Source of the DNA: Candidatus Eremiobacteria bacterium
GTDB taxonomy: Bacteria > Vulcanimicrobiota > Vulcanimicrobiia > Vulcanimicrobiales > Vulcanimicrobiaceae
DNA length: 64,000 nucleotides
Direction of reading: 5' to 3'
NCBI GenBank assembly: GCA_963758295.1
Contig: CAVWUU010000003.1
Coordinates: 96,001-160,000 of the forward strand
Each line of letters starts with the position of its first letter. Within the stretch, counting starts at the first letter, position 1. Shown piece by piece: positions 19,995 through 31,473 of this stretch. Both the position numbers and the translations under genes were made by a program. The notes below the pieces were generated by a model. The model had not been told where the DNA came from. It saw nothing but the letters and a program-made list of their open reading frames with translations, and did not search any database.

Positions 19995-20426
19995 CTATTG
20001 CGATTTGGCAATGCAGCCGGCACAGCGCCCTTGCAAGGTAACGACCGCACCGGAGAGTTGAGCGCCGAGCTCCGCGCCAATCGCCTCGACTGACTCGACC
20101 GGCAGCTGGAACGCGACGTCGCTTACGTGTCCGCATTCAGAGCAGCGAAAGTGGGCGTGCGGCGGACCGGCCGGTTCGTAGTAGGCCGAATCGGCGCCTG
20201 GAACGGCGATTTCCGAAACCAGCCCCAAATCCCGAAGCCGGATTAGCGCCCGGTAAACGGTTGTGAAACCGATGCCGGGACGCTGGTGGATGGCCAAATC
20301 GAACAGTTCGGCCATGGCCAAATGCCGGCCGATGCCTTGCTCCTGGACAATTTCGAAAACGAGGCGGTGGTTCTTGGAGAGCCGGGCCTCGTGCTCCGCA
20401 GCGTGCATCTCTATGTATCTTATCAT
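19995..20426 (-). CDS. Fur family transcriptional regulator
   Basis: IGFTTVYRAL helix, HAHF, and CSEC and CAGC zinc motifs. Confidence 0.92.
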   Translation of the reverse strand: MIRYIEMHAAEHEARLSKNHRLVFEIVQEQGIGRHLAMAELFDLAIHQRPGIGFTTVYRALIRLRDLGLVSEIAVPGADSAYYEPAGPPHAHFRCSECGHVSDVAFQLPVESVEAIGAELGAQLSGAVVTLQGRCAGCIAKSQ

Positions 20427-20441
20427 ATCGACCGGCTAAAC

Positions 20442-20456
20442 TGAAAATGACTTTCA
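20442..20456. promoter_or_regulatory. Fur-family box-like 7-1-7 inverted repeat
   Basis: TGAAAAT-G-ACTTTCA versus the classical TGATAAT-N-ATTATCA; lies 15 bp upstream of the Fur-family gene start. Confidence 0.5.
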
Positions 20457-20484
20457 CCGGTACTGCGATGAAGGAAAAGTCGCC

Positions 20485-20500
20485 TTATTAAAACTAATAA
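20485..20500. promoter_or_regulatory. AT-rich palindrome, candidate operator for the PadR regulator
   Basis: Perfect inverted repeat TTATTA-AAAC-TAATAA, 13 bp upstream of the PadR ATG, in an otherwise GC-rich sequence. Confidence 0.5.
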
Positions 20501-20513
20501 TGCAACATCTATC

Positions 20514-20906
20514 ATGGCTGAAAACGGCAAGTCGCCGGCGGAAGAGCTGATCGCCGGACCAATCAAGTCCAAGACGATCTTTCCGGCCCTCGTGCTTCAC
20601 TTGCTCGAGGACCGGCCCGACCACGGGTCCGGCCTGATGGCGCGCATCGAAACGGTGTGCGCCGGTCTCTTGGCCGTGAATACGAACACGATCTACCCGC
20701 TGTTGCGTCGTTTGGAAGAGCGCGGATTCATCGTCGGCGAGTGGGAGCACCCCACAAAACGCTCGCGGCGCTTTTATCGCATTACGCCCGACGGCCGTAC
20801 CCGGCTCGAACGCATCAAAGCGGGCATGCTGCCCTACCTCGATATGCTTGCGAAATCTATCGAACGTTTGCGTCGCGAGCTTTACGACGACGTTCACGCC
20901 GCCTAA
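20514..20906 (+). CDS. PadR family transcriptional regulator
   Basis: HGSGLM, TIYPLLRRLEERGFI, RRFYRITPDG. Confidence 0.92.
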   Translation: MAENGKSPAEELIAGPIKSKTIFPALVLHLLEDRPDHGSGLMARIETVCAGLLAVNTNTIYPLLRRLEERGFIVGEWEHPTKRSRRFYRITPDGRTRLERIKAGMLPYLDMLAKSIERLRRELYDDVHAA

Positions 20907-20930
20907 TCTCTCCGGAGGAAACATCACGAG

Positions 20931-22752
20931 ATGAGCACTTACCAAGCACCGTTGCGAGACATGCAGTTCGTTCTACACGAACTCGCCGGAATTGAAGAAA
21001 TCGCGAAGCTTCCGGGATGCGAAGACACGCTGGACGTCGTTGATTCGATTCTCGAAGAAGCCGGTTCGTTTGCGAGCGGCGTGCTCGATCCGTTGAACCG
21101 TACCGCCGACAAAGAGGGCTGCACCTGGAACAACGGCGCGGTCACTACGCCGAAGGGCTTCAAAGAAGCCTATAAAAAGTTCGCCGACGCGGGTTGGATC
21201 GGTTTGCCGGTGCCGCCGGAATACGGCGGTCAAGGATTGCCGCAACTCCTGCTCGGACCGACGCTCGAAATGTGGAACGCGTCGAACATCGGCTTTGCAA
21301 ACGGGCCGCTTTTGAACCAAGGTTCCATCGAAGCGATCGAACTCGTCGGCTCGGAAGAACAGAAGAAGCGTTGGATTCCAAATCTCGTTTCCGGTAAGTG
21401 GACCGGCACGATGAATCTTACCGAACCGCAAGCCGGCTCGGATCTCGCGCAAGTACGCACCAAAGCCGTTCCGGATGGCGATCACTATTTGCTCACCGGT
21501 GAAAAGATTTTCATCACGTTCGGCGAGCATGATATGGCGGAGAACATCGTTCACCTCGTCCTGGCGCGTCTTCCGGATGCGCCCGAGGGCGTAAAGGGCA
21601 TTTCCCTCTTCATCGTGCCAAAGATTCTTGTCGAACGCCGATGGTTCGCTCGGTGAGAAGAACGACGTCGTTTGCGCCGGCATCGAGCACAAGCTCGGCA
21701 TCAACGGCAATCCGACATGTACGATGAAGTTCGGCGAATCCGGTAAGGGCGCCGTCGGCTATCTCGTCGGCGAAGCGAATCGCGGTCTCGAGTATATGTT
21801 CATCATGATGAACGCCGCGCGTTTCTCGGTTGGCGTGCAAGGTTTCGCCGTCGCCGATCGTGCGTACCAGGCTTCGCTCGAGTATGCTAAGGATCGCGTG
21901 CAAATGGCCGACGCCGCATCCCGTAGCAAGACGCCCGTCCGCATCATCGAGCATCCCGACGTGCGCCGCATGCTGATGTGGCAAAAGGCGAACATCGAAG
22001 CGATGCGCGCCCTTTCGTACGTTACCGCTGCGTCGCTCGACCTGGCGCACAAACACCCCGACGAAAAAGTGCGCAAGCAGCACAAGGCATTCGTGGAACT
22101 CATGATTCCGGTCGTCAAGGGCTGGTGCACGGAGAACTCCGTCGAGCTCTGTTCGACCGCGTTGCAAATTTTCGGCGGCATGGGTTACGTTGAAGAAACC
22201 GGCATTGCGCAACAGTATCGCGACGTGCGCATCACCACGATCTATGAAGGCACGACCGGGATCCAAGCGCTGGATCTCGTCGGCCGTAAGCTGATTCGGG
22301 ACATGGGCGCCACCGCGACCACCGTGATCAAAGACATGGAGAAATTTGCGAAGGAAGCCGTCGCAAACGATAACGCAGACGTTAAAGCGGTCGGCGAAGC
22401 CCTCCTCAAGGGCATCGCCACGCTTGCGGAAGTTTCGCAATGGATCGGAATGAACGCCATGGGCGACCTGCGCAAAGCCTTCGCGTGCTCGGTGCCCTAT
22501 CTCAAGCTTTGGGGCGTTGTTGCCGGCGGCTGGCAGATGGCACGCGCCGCGAAAGTCGCCGCAGAGAAAATCGCAGCCGGCGACAAAGATCCGTTCTACC
22601 AGGCAAAACTCACGACGGCGAAGTTTTACGCATCGCACGTGCTCACGCAAGGTGCGTGGTACAAGCGCCAGATCATCGACGGTTCCGGCGACGTAATGAC
22701 GCTGCCTGAAGAAGCATTCGAACTCGATCGTAAATTGGCGGTTACTGCATAA
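20931..22752 (+). CDS. Acyl-CoA dehydrogenase (long type), frameshift near 21635
   Basis: YQAPLRDMQF, GTMNLTEPQAGSDL, KIFITFGEHD, IEHKLGI, GGMGYVEE, IYEGTTGIQALDL; split across ORFs 20931-21656 and 21628-22752. Confidence 0.93.
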
Positions 22753-22754
22753 TC

Positions 22755-24921
22755 ATGGGATTCATCCATACCGTCCTTCGACAAGCCCAGGGTGACGGTG
22801 GCGGCAATATCCTCGTAATAACGCTGGATAACCCGCCCGTGAACTCGCTGTCGTTCGCACTTTCGGCCGAGCTAGTGCCGGCCATTGAAGCGGCGTCGGC
22901 CGACCCGGCCGTCAAAGCTGTCGTCATTACGGGTGCCAACGGCCAATTCTCCGCAGGCGCCGACGTCAATGACTTCAATACGGAACCGACGCCGGAAACC
23001 AAGACCATTCGCGACGTCATCGCGGCCGTGGAAAAGAGCGACAAAATCTTTGTCGCAGCCATTGAAAAGAACGCGCTCGGCGGCGGCCTCGAGCTGTCGC
23101 TCGCGTGTGACTATCGCGTTGCGCAAGAAGACGCGAAGGTGGGCCTGCCGGAAATCAAACTTGGGCTGCTGCCGGGTGCCGGCGGCACGCAGCGCTTGCC
23201 GCGCCTGATCGGCGCGCAAGACGCGCTCGACATCATGCTCAAGGGACGCAACGTCCGCATGGACGAGGCGAAAGAAAAAGGCATCATCGACGAAGTCGTC
23301 GCTTCGAGAGGCTCGGGACAGGGCAGCTCCGTTCTCGACGCGGCCGTCGAGCTCGCAAATCGCGTTACCGAGAAGCGCCGCGTCTCGCAGCGCCAGGCAA
23401 TCATCGGCAAGGGCATTACGTCGCAAGCCGGTCCGTTTGTCGTTTCGCAAGCGCACAAGATGGTACCGCCGGAAGATAACGGCGGATTCGCTGCGCACAA
23501 ACTAATCGATGCCGTGGAAGCCGCGGTCGAGATGCCGTTCGCGTTCGGACTCGCGCGCGAGGCGCGTCTGTTCGAAGAACTCGTGCGATCCGCGCCGTCC
23601 GCGGCGCTGCGACACGTATTCTTTGCGGAACGGGAACTCGCAAAGATTCCGGGTTTGAAATCCGCGCACCCAGCCGAAGTCAAGAAAGCCGGCGTTATCG
23701 GCGCGGGCACGATGGGCACCGGCATCGCGATTACCTTCGCCCAAGCCGGCATTCCCGTCGTGGTAATCGATTCGAACGACGCGGCGGTCGAGAAGGCGAA
23801 GCAAACGGTCTTCGGCATGTTCATGTATCAGGTCCAGAAGGGACGACTGACGCAAGAGCAAGCGTGGAAGCTCGGCCAGTCGATTCAGTTCAGCGAAGAC
23901 TATAGCGAAGTTGCCGATGCCGACGTCGTGATTGAGGCCGTCTTCGAAGACATGACCGTCAAGAAGCAAGTCTTCGAGAAGCTCGACCAAGTGGTTAAGC
24001 CCGAAGCGCTTCTGGCTTCCAATACCTCAACGCTCGATATCGACGAAATGGCGTCCGTTACGAAGCGGCCGGAGAAGTTCGTCGGCCTGCATTTCTTCGT
24101 TCCGGCGAACATTATGCCGCTGCTCGAAATCGTGCGCGGGAAAGAGACGTCGGCCGAAACGATCTGGCGACCGCGTTCAAGCTCGGCAAGGCGCTGAAGA
24201 AGACTGCCGTGCTTTCCGCGAACGCATTCGGCTTCATCGGCAATCGCATGGTGTTCGATTACGCAAAGGCTGCGGGTGCACTCGCGGAAGAGGGCATCTC
24301 GCCGTTACGCATCGACGCGATTGCGAAGAAGTTCGGTTTTCCGATGGGACCGTTTGCCATGGGCAGACCTCTCGGGCATCGACGTTGCGTGGCACATCGG
24401 CAAGGCGCGACCCGACATCGCGGGCGGACGCACCAACATCGTCGATCGTCTCGTCGAAATGAAGCGCCTTGGCCAAAAAACCATGGCCGGCTATTTCAAG
24501 TACGACAAGAGCGTCGGCAAAGGCCGCGAGCCCATTTGCGATCCGGAAATCGAAGCGCTGTTTGCGGAAGAAGCGAAGAAAGCCGGCATCGCGCCGCGCG
24601 ACGGTTTCCGACGAAGAGATCTTGCAGCGTCTCATGTTCGCGCTGATCAATCGCGGCGCGTTCCTGCTCGGAAGAAGGCGTGGCGTTGCGTCCGGGCGAC
24701 ATCGATATCGTCTACGTCTACGGCTACGGTTTTCCGCCGCATCGCGGCGGCCCGATGTGGTATGCCGATGAAGTCGGCGTGCAAAGCCGTTTACGACAAA
24801 GTCGTCGAGTTCGGTTGGGAACCGGCGCCGCTGCTTAAAAAAACTTGCCGAAGAGAACGGCAAGTTTGCCACTGTGTCCCTGAGCGAGTCGAAGGGCGAA
24901 GGAGAACTCATCAATGCGTGA
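22755..24921 (+). CDS. Fatty-acid oxidation multifunctional enzyme (enoyl-CoA hydratase/3-hydroxyacyl-CoA dehydrogenase), several frameshifts after 24160
   Basis: [60 protein letters not shown] and YGYGFP..RGGPM occur across frames; reconstructed stop TGA at 24919-24921. Confidence 0.92.
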
Positions 24922-26104
24922 GGCGGTAATCGTCTCGGCCGCGCGCACGCCGATCGGGAAGGCGTTTCGCGGTGCGTTCAATCAAACTCCCGGCGCAACG
25001 CTCGCCGGTCATGTCGTCCGGAATGCGATCGAGCGCGCCGGCGTCGATCCGGCGGAAGTCGAAGACGTGGTCATCGGCTCGGGCTTGCCCGAAGGCGCTA
25101 CCGGAAATAACATCGGCCGCACCGCCGCGTTGCGCGCCGGCTGTCCGGTAACCGTTCCGGGCCAAACCGTTAGCCGGTATTGCGCATCGGGCCTCGACGC
25201 CATTGCGTCGGCCGCGAAGCGCGTGATGGTCGACGGCGCCGATGTCGTGGTTGCCGGCGGCGTCGAATCGATTTCGCATGGTGCAGAACAATCTGAACAT
25301 GGAGTACTTACACCGAAGAGTGGCTGCTGCGCCATACGCCCGACGTGTACATGCCGATGCTCTACACGGCCGACAACGTTGCTAAGAAGTACAACGTGTC
25401 GCGCGAACGGCAGGACGAGTACGCGCTGCAGAGCCAGCAGCGTACCGCTGCTGCGCAAGACGCCGGCCGTTTCGATGCCGAGATCGTGGCGCTGCCGTCC
25501 TGGAAGTACAATCAGGACAAAGAAACCGGCAAGGTTACGGAAGAGCACGTAACGCTTAAGCGTGACGAGGGCAATCGCGCCGACACGACGCTCGAAGGGT
25601 TGTCGTCGCTCAAAGGCGCGGTGCCGGGTATCAAAGATACGTCGATCACCGCCGGCAATTCATCGCAGCTTTCCGACGGTGCCGCGGCGGTCGTCGTGAT
25701 GGATTCGAAGCTTGCGCGAACAGCGCGATCTTCAGCCGCTGGGTATTTATCGCGGCTTCGTGGTCGCGGGATGCGAACCGGGCGAAATGGGCATCGGTCC
25801 GATCTACGCCGTGCCGAAACTGCTCAAGCAGCACGGCTTGACAGTCGACGACATCGGCCTGTGGGAACTCAACGAAGCCTTTGCGGTGCAAACCGTGTAC
25901 TGCCGAGACGTCTTGGAAATTCCCAACGATCGCTTCAACGTCGACGGCGGCGCGATTTCGATCGGCCATCCCTACGGCATGAGCGGCGCGCGCATGGCGA
26001 TGCACGCGCTCATCGAAGGCAAACGTCGCGGCGTGAAATACGTCGTCGTCACGATGTGCATCGGCGGCGGCATGGGTGCGGCAGGCCTTTTCGAAGTCGC
26101 TTAA
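24914..26104 (+). CDS. Acetyl-CoA C-acyltransferase (thiolase), frameshifted
   Basis: [52 protein letters not shown]; three ORF pieces. Confidence 0.93.
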
Positions 26105-26161
26105 CACGAGACGCGACGCAGGAGAGCTCGGACGAACGTCCGGGCTCACGCACGGAAGATC

Positions 26162-26190
26162 GAAAGGCGACGCCTGAAGCGTCGCCTTTC
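26162..26190. terminator. Hairpin between the convergent thiolase and HiPIP genes, probable bidirectional terminator
   Basis: GAAAGGCGACGC-CTGAA-GCGTCGCCTTTC, a perfect 12-bp stem. Confidence 0.75.
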
Positions 26191-26210
26191 TCGTGTTCCT
26201 TTAGCGGGCC

Positions 26211-26480
26211 TTATTTGGGAGTGTAAGCGACGCACCAGCCGTTGGGGCTGATCGAGCCTTCGACCACTTTGCACATGCCGTTGGCTTTCGCCGTTTTACC
26301 GGGAATGAACAGCTTGCAGCCGGAGCACTTCGCCGTGCCTTTGGGCGTATTTTGATACTTCATCGCGGATTTCGATGATTTTGCTTCAGCCAGCGTCGAT
26401 GTTCCGGCGAAAGCGAGTCCGGCGAGCGCCGGTAATACTATCAGGTGTTTTAATGCCTCTTTCCGCGAGGGGTGTCTCAT
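26211..26480 (-). CDS. High-potential iron-sulfur protein (HiPIP)
   Basis: Tat-like signal SRKEALK; YQNTP; CSGC...C...GWC four-Cys pattern. Confidence 0.9.
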   Translation of the reverse strand: MRHPSRKEALKHLIVLPALAGLAFAGTSTLAEAKSSKSAMKYQNTPKGTAKCSGCKLFIPGKTAKANGMCKVVEGSISPNGWCVAYTPK

Positions 26481-26491
26481 GAAAGAACCTC

Positions 26492-28090
26492 CTATAAAGG
26501 CGTATGCGGGAGCTTTTCGCGTCTTGCGGCCTCACCCTTCGGCTGCACGACGTAAATGTAGTCGACGACGCGGCCCTCGTAATTCTCGGCTGTTGCAACC
26601 AGTCGTGCGCCGGGCGGTGCGTCGAATTGTTCCTTCGTTACGACGATTGACTGCGGCCAGTAACACTCGGGGAGTAAGCCTTCGATTTTATCCAAATGCG
26701 ATGACCTCAGATAATAAGCGAAGAGCGTCTGCGAATTCATGCCGTTGATGCCTTCAAAGCAAACGCGAGACGCAGCCGGTTCGAGCCTACGCACGACGGC
26801 GAAGAGTTCGCGGTTCTCGTATTGATTCGCATCGGCCGACGGCCCGACGTAGGCGATGAAGTACGCCCGGAAAAAAAGCATGACTTGCGCGGCCGCGATT
26901 GCGCCCAGGACGTAGCCTAGCTCGACGCGATAGGCGCGAAGGGGGGATCGAGCAAGCGCGTCCCATGCCGCGAGCAATCCGATGGCCGTGAAGATACACG
27001 CAACCGGCGCCCCGATCAGCGTGCGAAGGAAGTGCGGAACGCCGTCGTTGGTGAGCGCGCCGCCCAGCGGATAGATTAGCAGCCAAGTCCACAAAAATGC
27101 CGCGACGCGCGCCGTATAACGCCGCCAGGCCGCAACAGCGCCGAACACCATCCATGGCAACATCCAAAGATAGAGCACCCCGAAAAGCGGGCCGTGATTC
27201 GGATTGCGGTCGCCGCTTTGGAATAGCGGCTCCGGAAGAAAGTGCGCGAAGTAGTTGTTCGCAAAGAGGGCGATCGTTTTCGGGTTCACGCCGTCGGCGA
27301 ACGTCGAGATCCGGTGGTCGCGCCAAAAGAACTCCGGATGGTTCGCCACCGAGGTCACGAGCGGAAGAAGCTCCACAAACCAGATCGCCGTCATGCCAAG
27401 GACCGGACGCCACGCGGTGCGCGCGCAACGGAAGTCGAGCAGAAGCATCGCTGCGCAGAGCGCTAAGCTCTCGGGCAACGCCGCTCGATAGCTGTAGCTG
27501 CCGATTCCGAATAAGACTCCGGCAAGTAAGATCGGCGCGTTTCTCGCCTGGTCCAGACCTGCGCGCAGCGCCCACAGACCACCCAACACGAATGGGAGCA
27601 TCGCGGCGGGCTCCCATCCCACTCGGGAGATCACGATGTCCCACGGAAGTATCGCAGCGATCGCACCGGCGAGAAGCGCGGCGGTTCGATCGTGGAGGAG
27701 CCTGCGGGTAAGGCCCATCGTGCACCAAACCGTCGCGACGCCGAGAATCACCGCGGGAAGACGGAACGCGACCGCGGTCGTACCAAACACGAGACTCGAG
27801 GCATACTCGAACGCGCCGTAGAGCGGCAAGTACATGATGCGATAGTCGAAGAATGCGCGCACCGGGGCCCGGCCGGTGAGCTCGTCGAGGATGCCGGCAT
27901 ACCCGGCGAGTTCGTCGGGATGCAGCGCCCCCGGAACTGATCCTAGTTCCCAAATGCGAAACAGGAAGGCCGTAAGCAACGTAGCGGCGATTGCAAGCGT
28001 CCAGCCGTTTAGAGAAATTCTACGGTCGAGCGGACTCGTCTGAAGATTTTTTGACGCGTCGCCGCCTATAGTTAACGACATCCGTCTCAC
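26492..28090 (-). CDS. GT-C membrane glycosyltransferase (ArnT/PMT-like, family 39/83)
   Basis: FRIWELGSVPGALHPDE loop, AFRLPA, PWDIVISRVGWE; many TM helices. Start codon uncertain. Confidence 0.85.
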   Translation of the reverse strand: MRRMSLTIGGDASKNLQTSPLDRRISLNGWTLAIAATLLTAFLFRIWELGSVPGALHPDELAGYAGILDELTGRAPVRAFFDYRIMYLPLYGAFEYASSLVFGTTAVAFRLPAVILGVATVWCTMGLTRRLLHDRTAALLAGAIAAILPWDIVISRVGWEPAAMLPFVLGGLWALRAGLDQARNAPILLAGVLFGIGSYSYRAALPESLALCAAMLLLDFRCARTAWRPVLGMTAIWFVELLPLVTSVANHPEFFWRDHRISTFADGVNPKTIALFANNYFAHFLPEPLFQSGDRNPNHGPLFGVLYLWMLPWMVFGAVAAWRRYTARVAAFLWTWLLIYPLGGALTNDGVPHFLRTLIGAPVACIFTAIGLLAAWDALARSPLRAYRVELGYVLGAIAAAQVMLFFRAYFIAYVGPSADANQYENRELFAVVRRLEPAASRVCFEGINGMNSQTLFAYYLRSSHLDKIEGLLPECYWPQSIVVTKEQFDAPPGARLVATAENYEGRVVDYIYVVQPKGEAARREKLPHTPL

Positions 28091-31000
28091 GTGAAGGAGC
28101 TTCGTTTGACTCGAGTCCCGGTCATCGTGCGCACCGCGGCGTTTTGTGCTGCGGCTCTAGCGCTGAGCGGCGCGGTGGCATTTGCCGATCCGTCGCCGTC
28201 CCCGTCTCCGTCGGCGTCCCCGGCTGCCTCCGGTAAGCCGTCGCCGTCGCCCTCGCCGTCCCCAACGGCCAAGCCCGTCTACCAGAGCATGCAGTGGCGG
28301 CAGCTCGGCCCGGGCCTGCATGGGAGGCCGGGCGGCAAACGTCGCCGGCTCGGCCAAGAACATCAACCTTTACTACGTCGCGTCGGCGGGCGGCGGCGTC
28401 TGGAAAACCACCGACGGCGGCGAGACCTGGAACTCGGTCTTCGATAAGGAACCCGTTGCCTCGATCGGTGACGTCGTCATCGATCCCACGAACGATAACG
28501 TCGTGTGGGTCGGCACCGGCGAAGGCAATCCGCGCAATGACGTCATCCCCGGCGCGGGCGTCTATAAGACGACCGACGGCGGCAAGACGTGGACGCTGAT
28601 GGGGCTGAAGGAGACGCGCACGATCACGCGCGTTCTCGTCGACCCGAAGAATCCGAACCATGTGATCGTGGCTGCGCTCGGCGACGTGTACGCGCCGAGT
28701 GAAGACCGCGGCATCTACGTGACCGACGATGGCGGGAAGACGTGGAAGAAGACGCTCTATGTCAGCACGCAGAGCGGCGGATCGGACCTTGCGTGGGATC
28801 CGAGCAATCCGAGCGTGGTGTATGCGGGCATGTGGCACTTCATGCGCAAGCCGTGGACCACGAACAGCGGCGGTTCCGACGACGGTCTCTATAAGTCGAC
28901 CGACGGCGGCAACACTTGGACGAAGCTCACCGGGAACGGCCTGCCGACCGATACGACCGGACGCATCGGCCTTGCCGTGGCCCCGAGCGACGGCAATCGC
29001 GTGTACGCGCTCATCGAATCGAAGCAAGGCATTCTGTGGCGTTCGGACGACGGCGGAAAGAACTGGACGATGACGAGCAACGATACGCTCGTCGATCAAC
29101 GTCCGTTTTACTTCTCGCACATCTACGTGGATCCGAAAGACGCGAATCACGTTTACGGCGTTTCGGCCGATCTTTCGCAATCGAAAGACGGCGGCAAGAC
29201 GTTCAAGTCCATGCCGGGCTCGCCCCACGGCGATTTCCACGGCATGTGGATTGCTCCGAACGACCCCGATCGCATGATGGTTGCCGAAGACGGCGGCGTT
29301 GCGCGCTCGCTCGACGGCGGCGGAACGTGGTTCTTCGACCGCAATTTACCGATCGGCGAGGTGTATCACGTCGGCGTCGGCCTCAAGGGCAATCCTTACT
29401 GGGTTTGCGGCGGCTGGCAAGACAACAATGCGTGGTGCGGACCGGCGTTCAACACCGATCCGTCCGGCGTGCAGAACAAGAATTGGGTGAACACCACCGG
29501 CGGCGACGGCGAGTGGGCGATTCCTGATCCGCTCGATCCCGATATTCTGTGGTCGGAGTCGCAACAAGGCTTCCTCACGGTCTACAACAAGCGTACGCGC
29601 GACTCGTACTTCGTTCAGCCATACTTGGCGACGGCAAACCAACAGTTCGATCTGCGCACCGCGAAGTATCGCTTCAACTGGGATACGCCCTTTGCGTTCG
29701 CCCCATGGGACGGACACGTCGCGTGGATCGGCGGAAGCGCGTTATTCCAGACGACCGATCGCGGCCGTCATTGGAGCGTCATCAGCCCCGATCTCACGTT
29801 GAACGAGAAGGATCATCAGGCGCCTCCGGGCGGCCCGATCACGCACGACGTTTCGAGCGCTGAGAACTACAACACGATTCTGGACGTCGAGGGATCTTCG
29901 CTGCATCGCGGCGAGATCTGGGTCGGAACCGACGACGGCCAAGTACAGTACACGATCGACAACGGCAAACATTGGCACAACGTCACGCCGAAAGCTGCGC
30001 CGGATCACGGTGAAGCCGAAACGGTTGCGCCTTCAACGACCAACGACGGTACGGTGTACGTCAGCTACGACAAACACTTGCTCGGCGATTACAAGCCGTA
30101 TCTTTTCGTCACGCACAATTTTGGAAAGACGTGGACGAACATCGCGAACGGTATTCCGGAAGGTCAGTACGCGCGTTCCGTGCGTCAGGATCTGCATAAT
30201 AAGAACATCGTGTACGCGGGAACCGAAACCGGATTTTGGATTTCGTGTGACGGCGGCTCGTCGTGGCACGACTTCAAGAATAATCTGCCTACCGTTGCAG
30301 TGCGCGACATTCGCTTCCAACCGCAGTGGGACGACATGGTTATTGCGACGCACGGCCGCGCGATCTACGTGATGGACGATCTTCGTCCGCTGCAGCAGAG
30401 CGCATGCAGCAAACCGGATCGCGCCTATGTTCTCGCGCCGCGTCCAACCTATCAGTATAATCTGCATAGCGACGACGAAGGCACTTACACCGATTGGACG
30501 GCGCAGAATCCGCCGTACGGAGTCGCGATCTCCTACTACCTTCCGGCTGCCGAAAAGACCGGCCCGGTAATTCGGATTCTCGACTCGAAGGGCCACGTCG
30601 TTCGCACGATTCAGGGCAACCGCCCGAACCCGTTCTCGGACAAACAGCGCCCCTGGATCAAGAACGAAGCCGGCTTGCAGCAGTTCGTTTGGGACACCAG
30701 CGAAGACGGTCCGGTTCGCTGGAACGGCGCCGGCAAACTCTTCAAAGGGCCCGCCGAAGGCGTCGGCGTGGTGCCGGGGCATTACACGCTGCAGATGACG
30801 CTCGGAAACCAAACGTTCACGCAGCCGTTCGTAATCAAAGAAGATCCTGACTCGCAGTACACCATGGCGGAACTGCAAGCCTCGCACGACTACGGCAAGC
30901 ACTTCATGCAGAAGCTCTCGGCGATCGACGTTGCATTGAATTCGCTCGACGACGTCAAATCGGGATTGCAAAAGGCGCGTAAAGCGGCGCAGGCCAAGAA

Positions 31001-31313
31001 CGACACCGCTTCAGTCACGGCTATCGATACGGCGCTCGCCAATCGTCAGAAGCTCGTAGACAATCTCACCGCGGACTACCAGAACGGCGAAGATTTCATT
31101 CAACGCCCCGGCAAGCTGCGTGAGGATCTGATGGGCGTCTTGTTTACGGCAAACATAACGCCGGCGAACCTCGACATCGGCCGGCGCGTCGATGCGGAAT
31201 ACGCAGGCGCCGTTTCGCAGTATAACGCGTACGTTGCGACGTTGCCGATGGTCAACTCGACGCTGGCGCACGACGGTTACGGCTCCGTAACGGTGCCAAG
31301 ACCGCTACGTTAG
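28091..31313 (+). CDS. Secreted VPS10/sortilin-like BNR (Asp-box) beta-propeller protein, frameshift near 28318
   Basis: Signal peptide plus PSPSPS linker, WRQLGP..MGGR, many S/TxDGGxTW Asp-boxes, YRFNW, ATHGR, helical C-terminus. Confidence 0.9.
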
Positions 31314-31473
31314 CCGTTTCACCTAGGCTCCGGGCCCCGGAAAGGCGACGGGGTTCGGAATTGGATCGATCGGCGGCTCCTCATTCGGTCCCGGTTCACC
31401 CGGGGCCGGCTGGGGAGTCGGCGGCGGCATCCCGGGATCGGGAACCGGCATTCGCATAAGGATTTCGGAGGCC

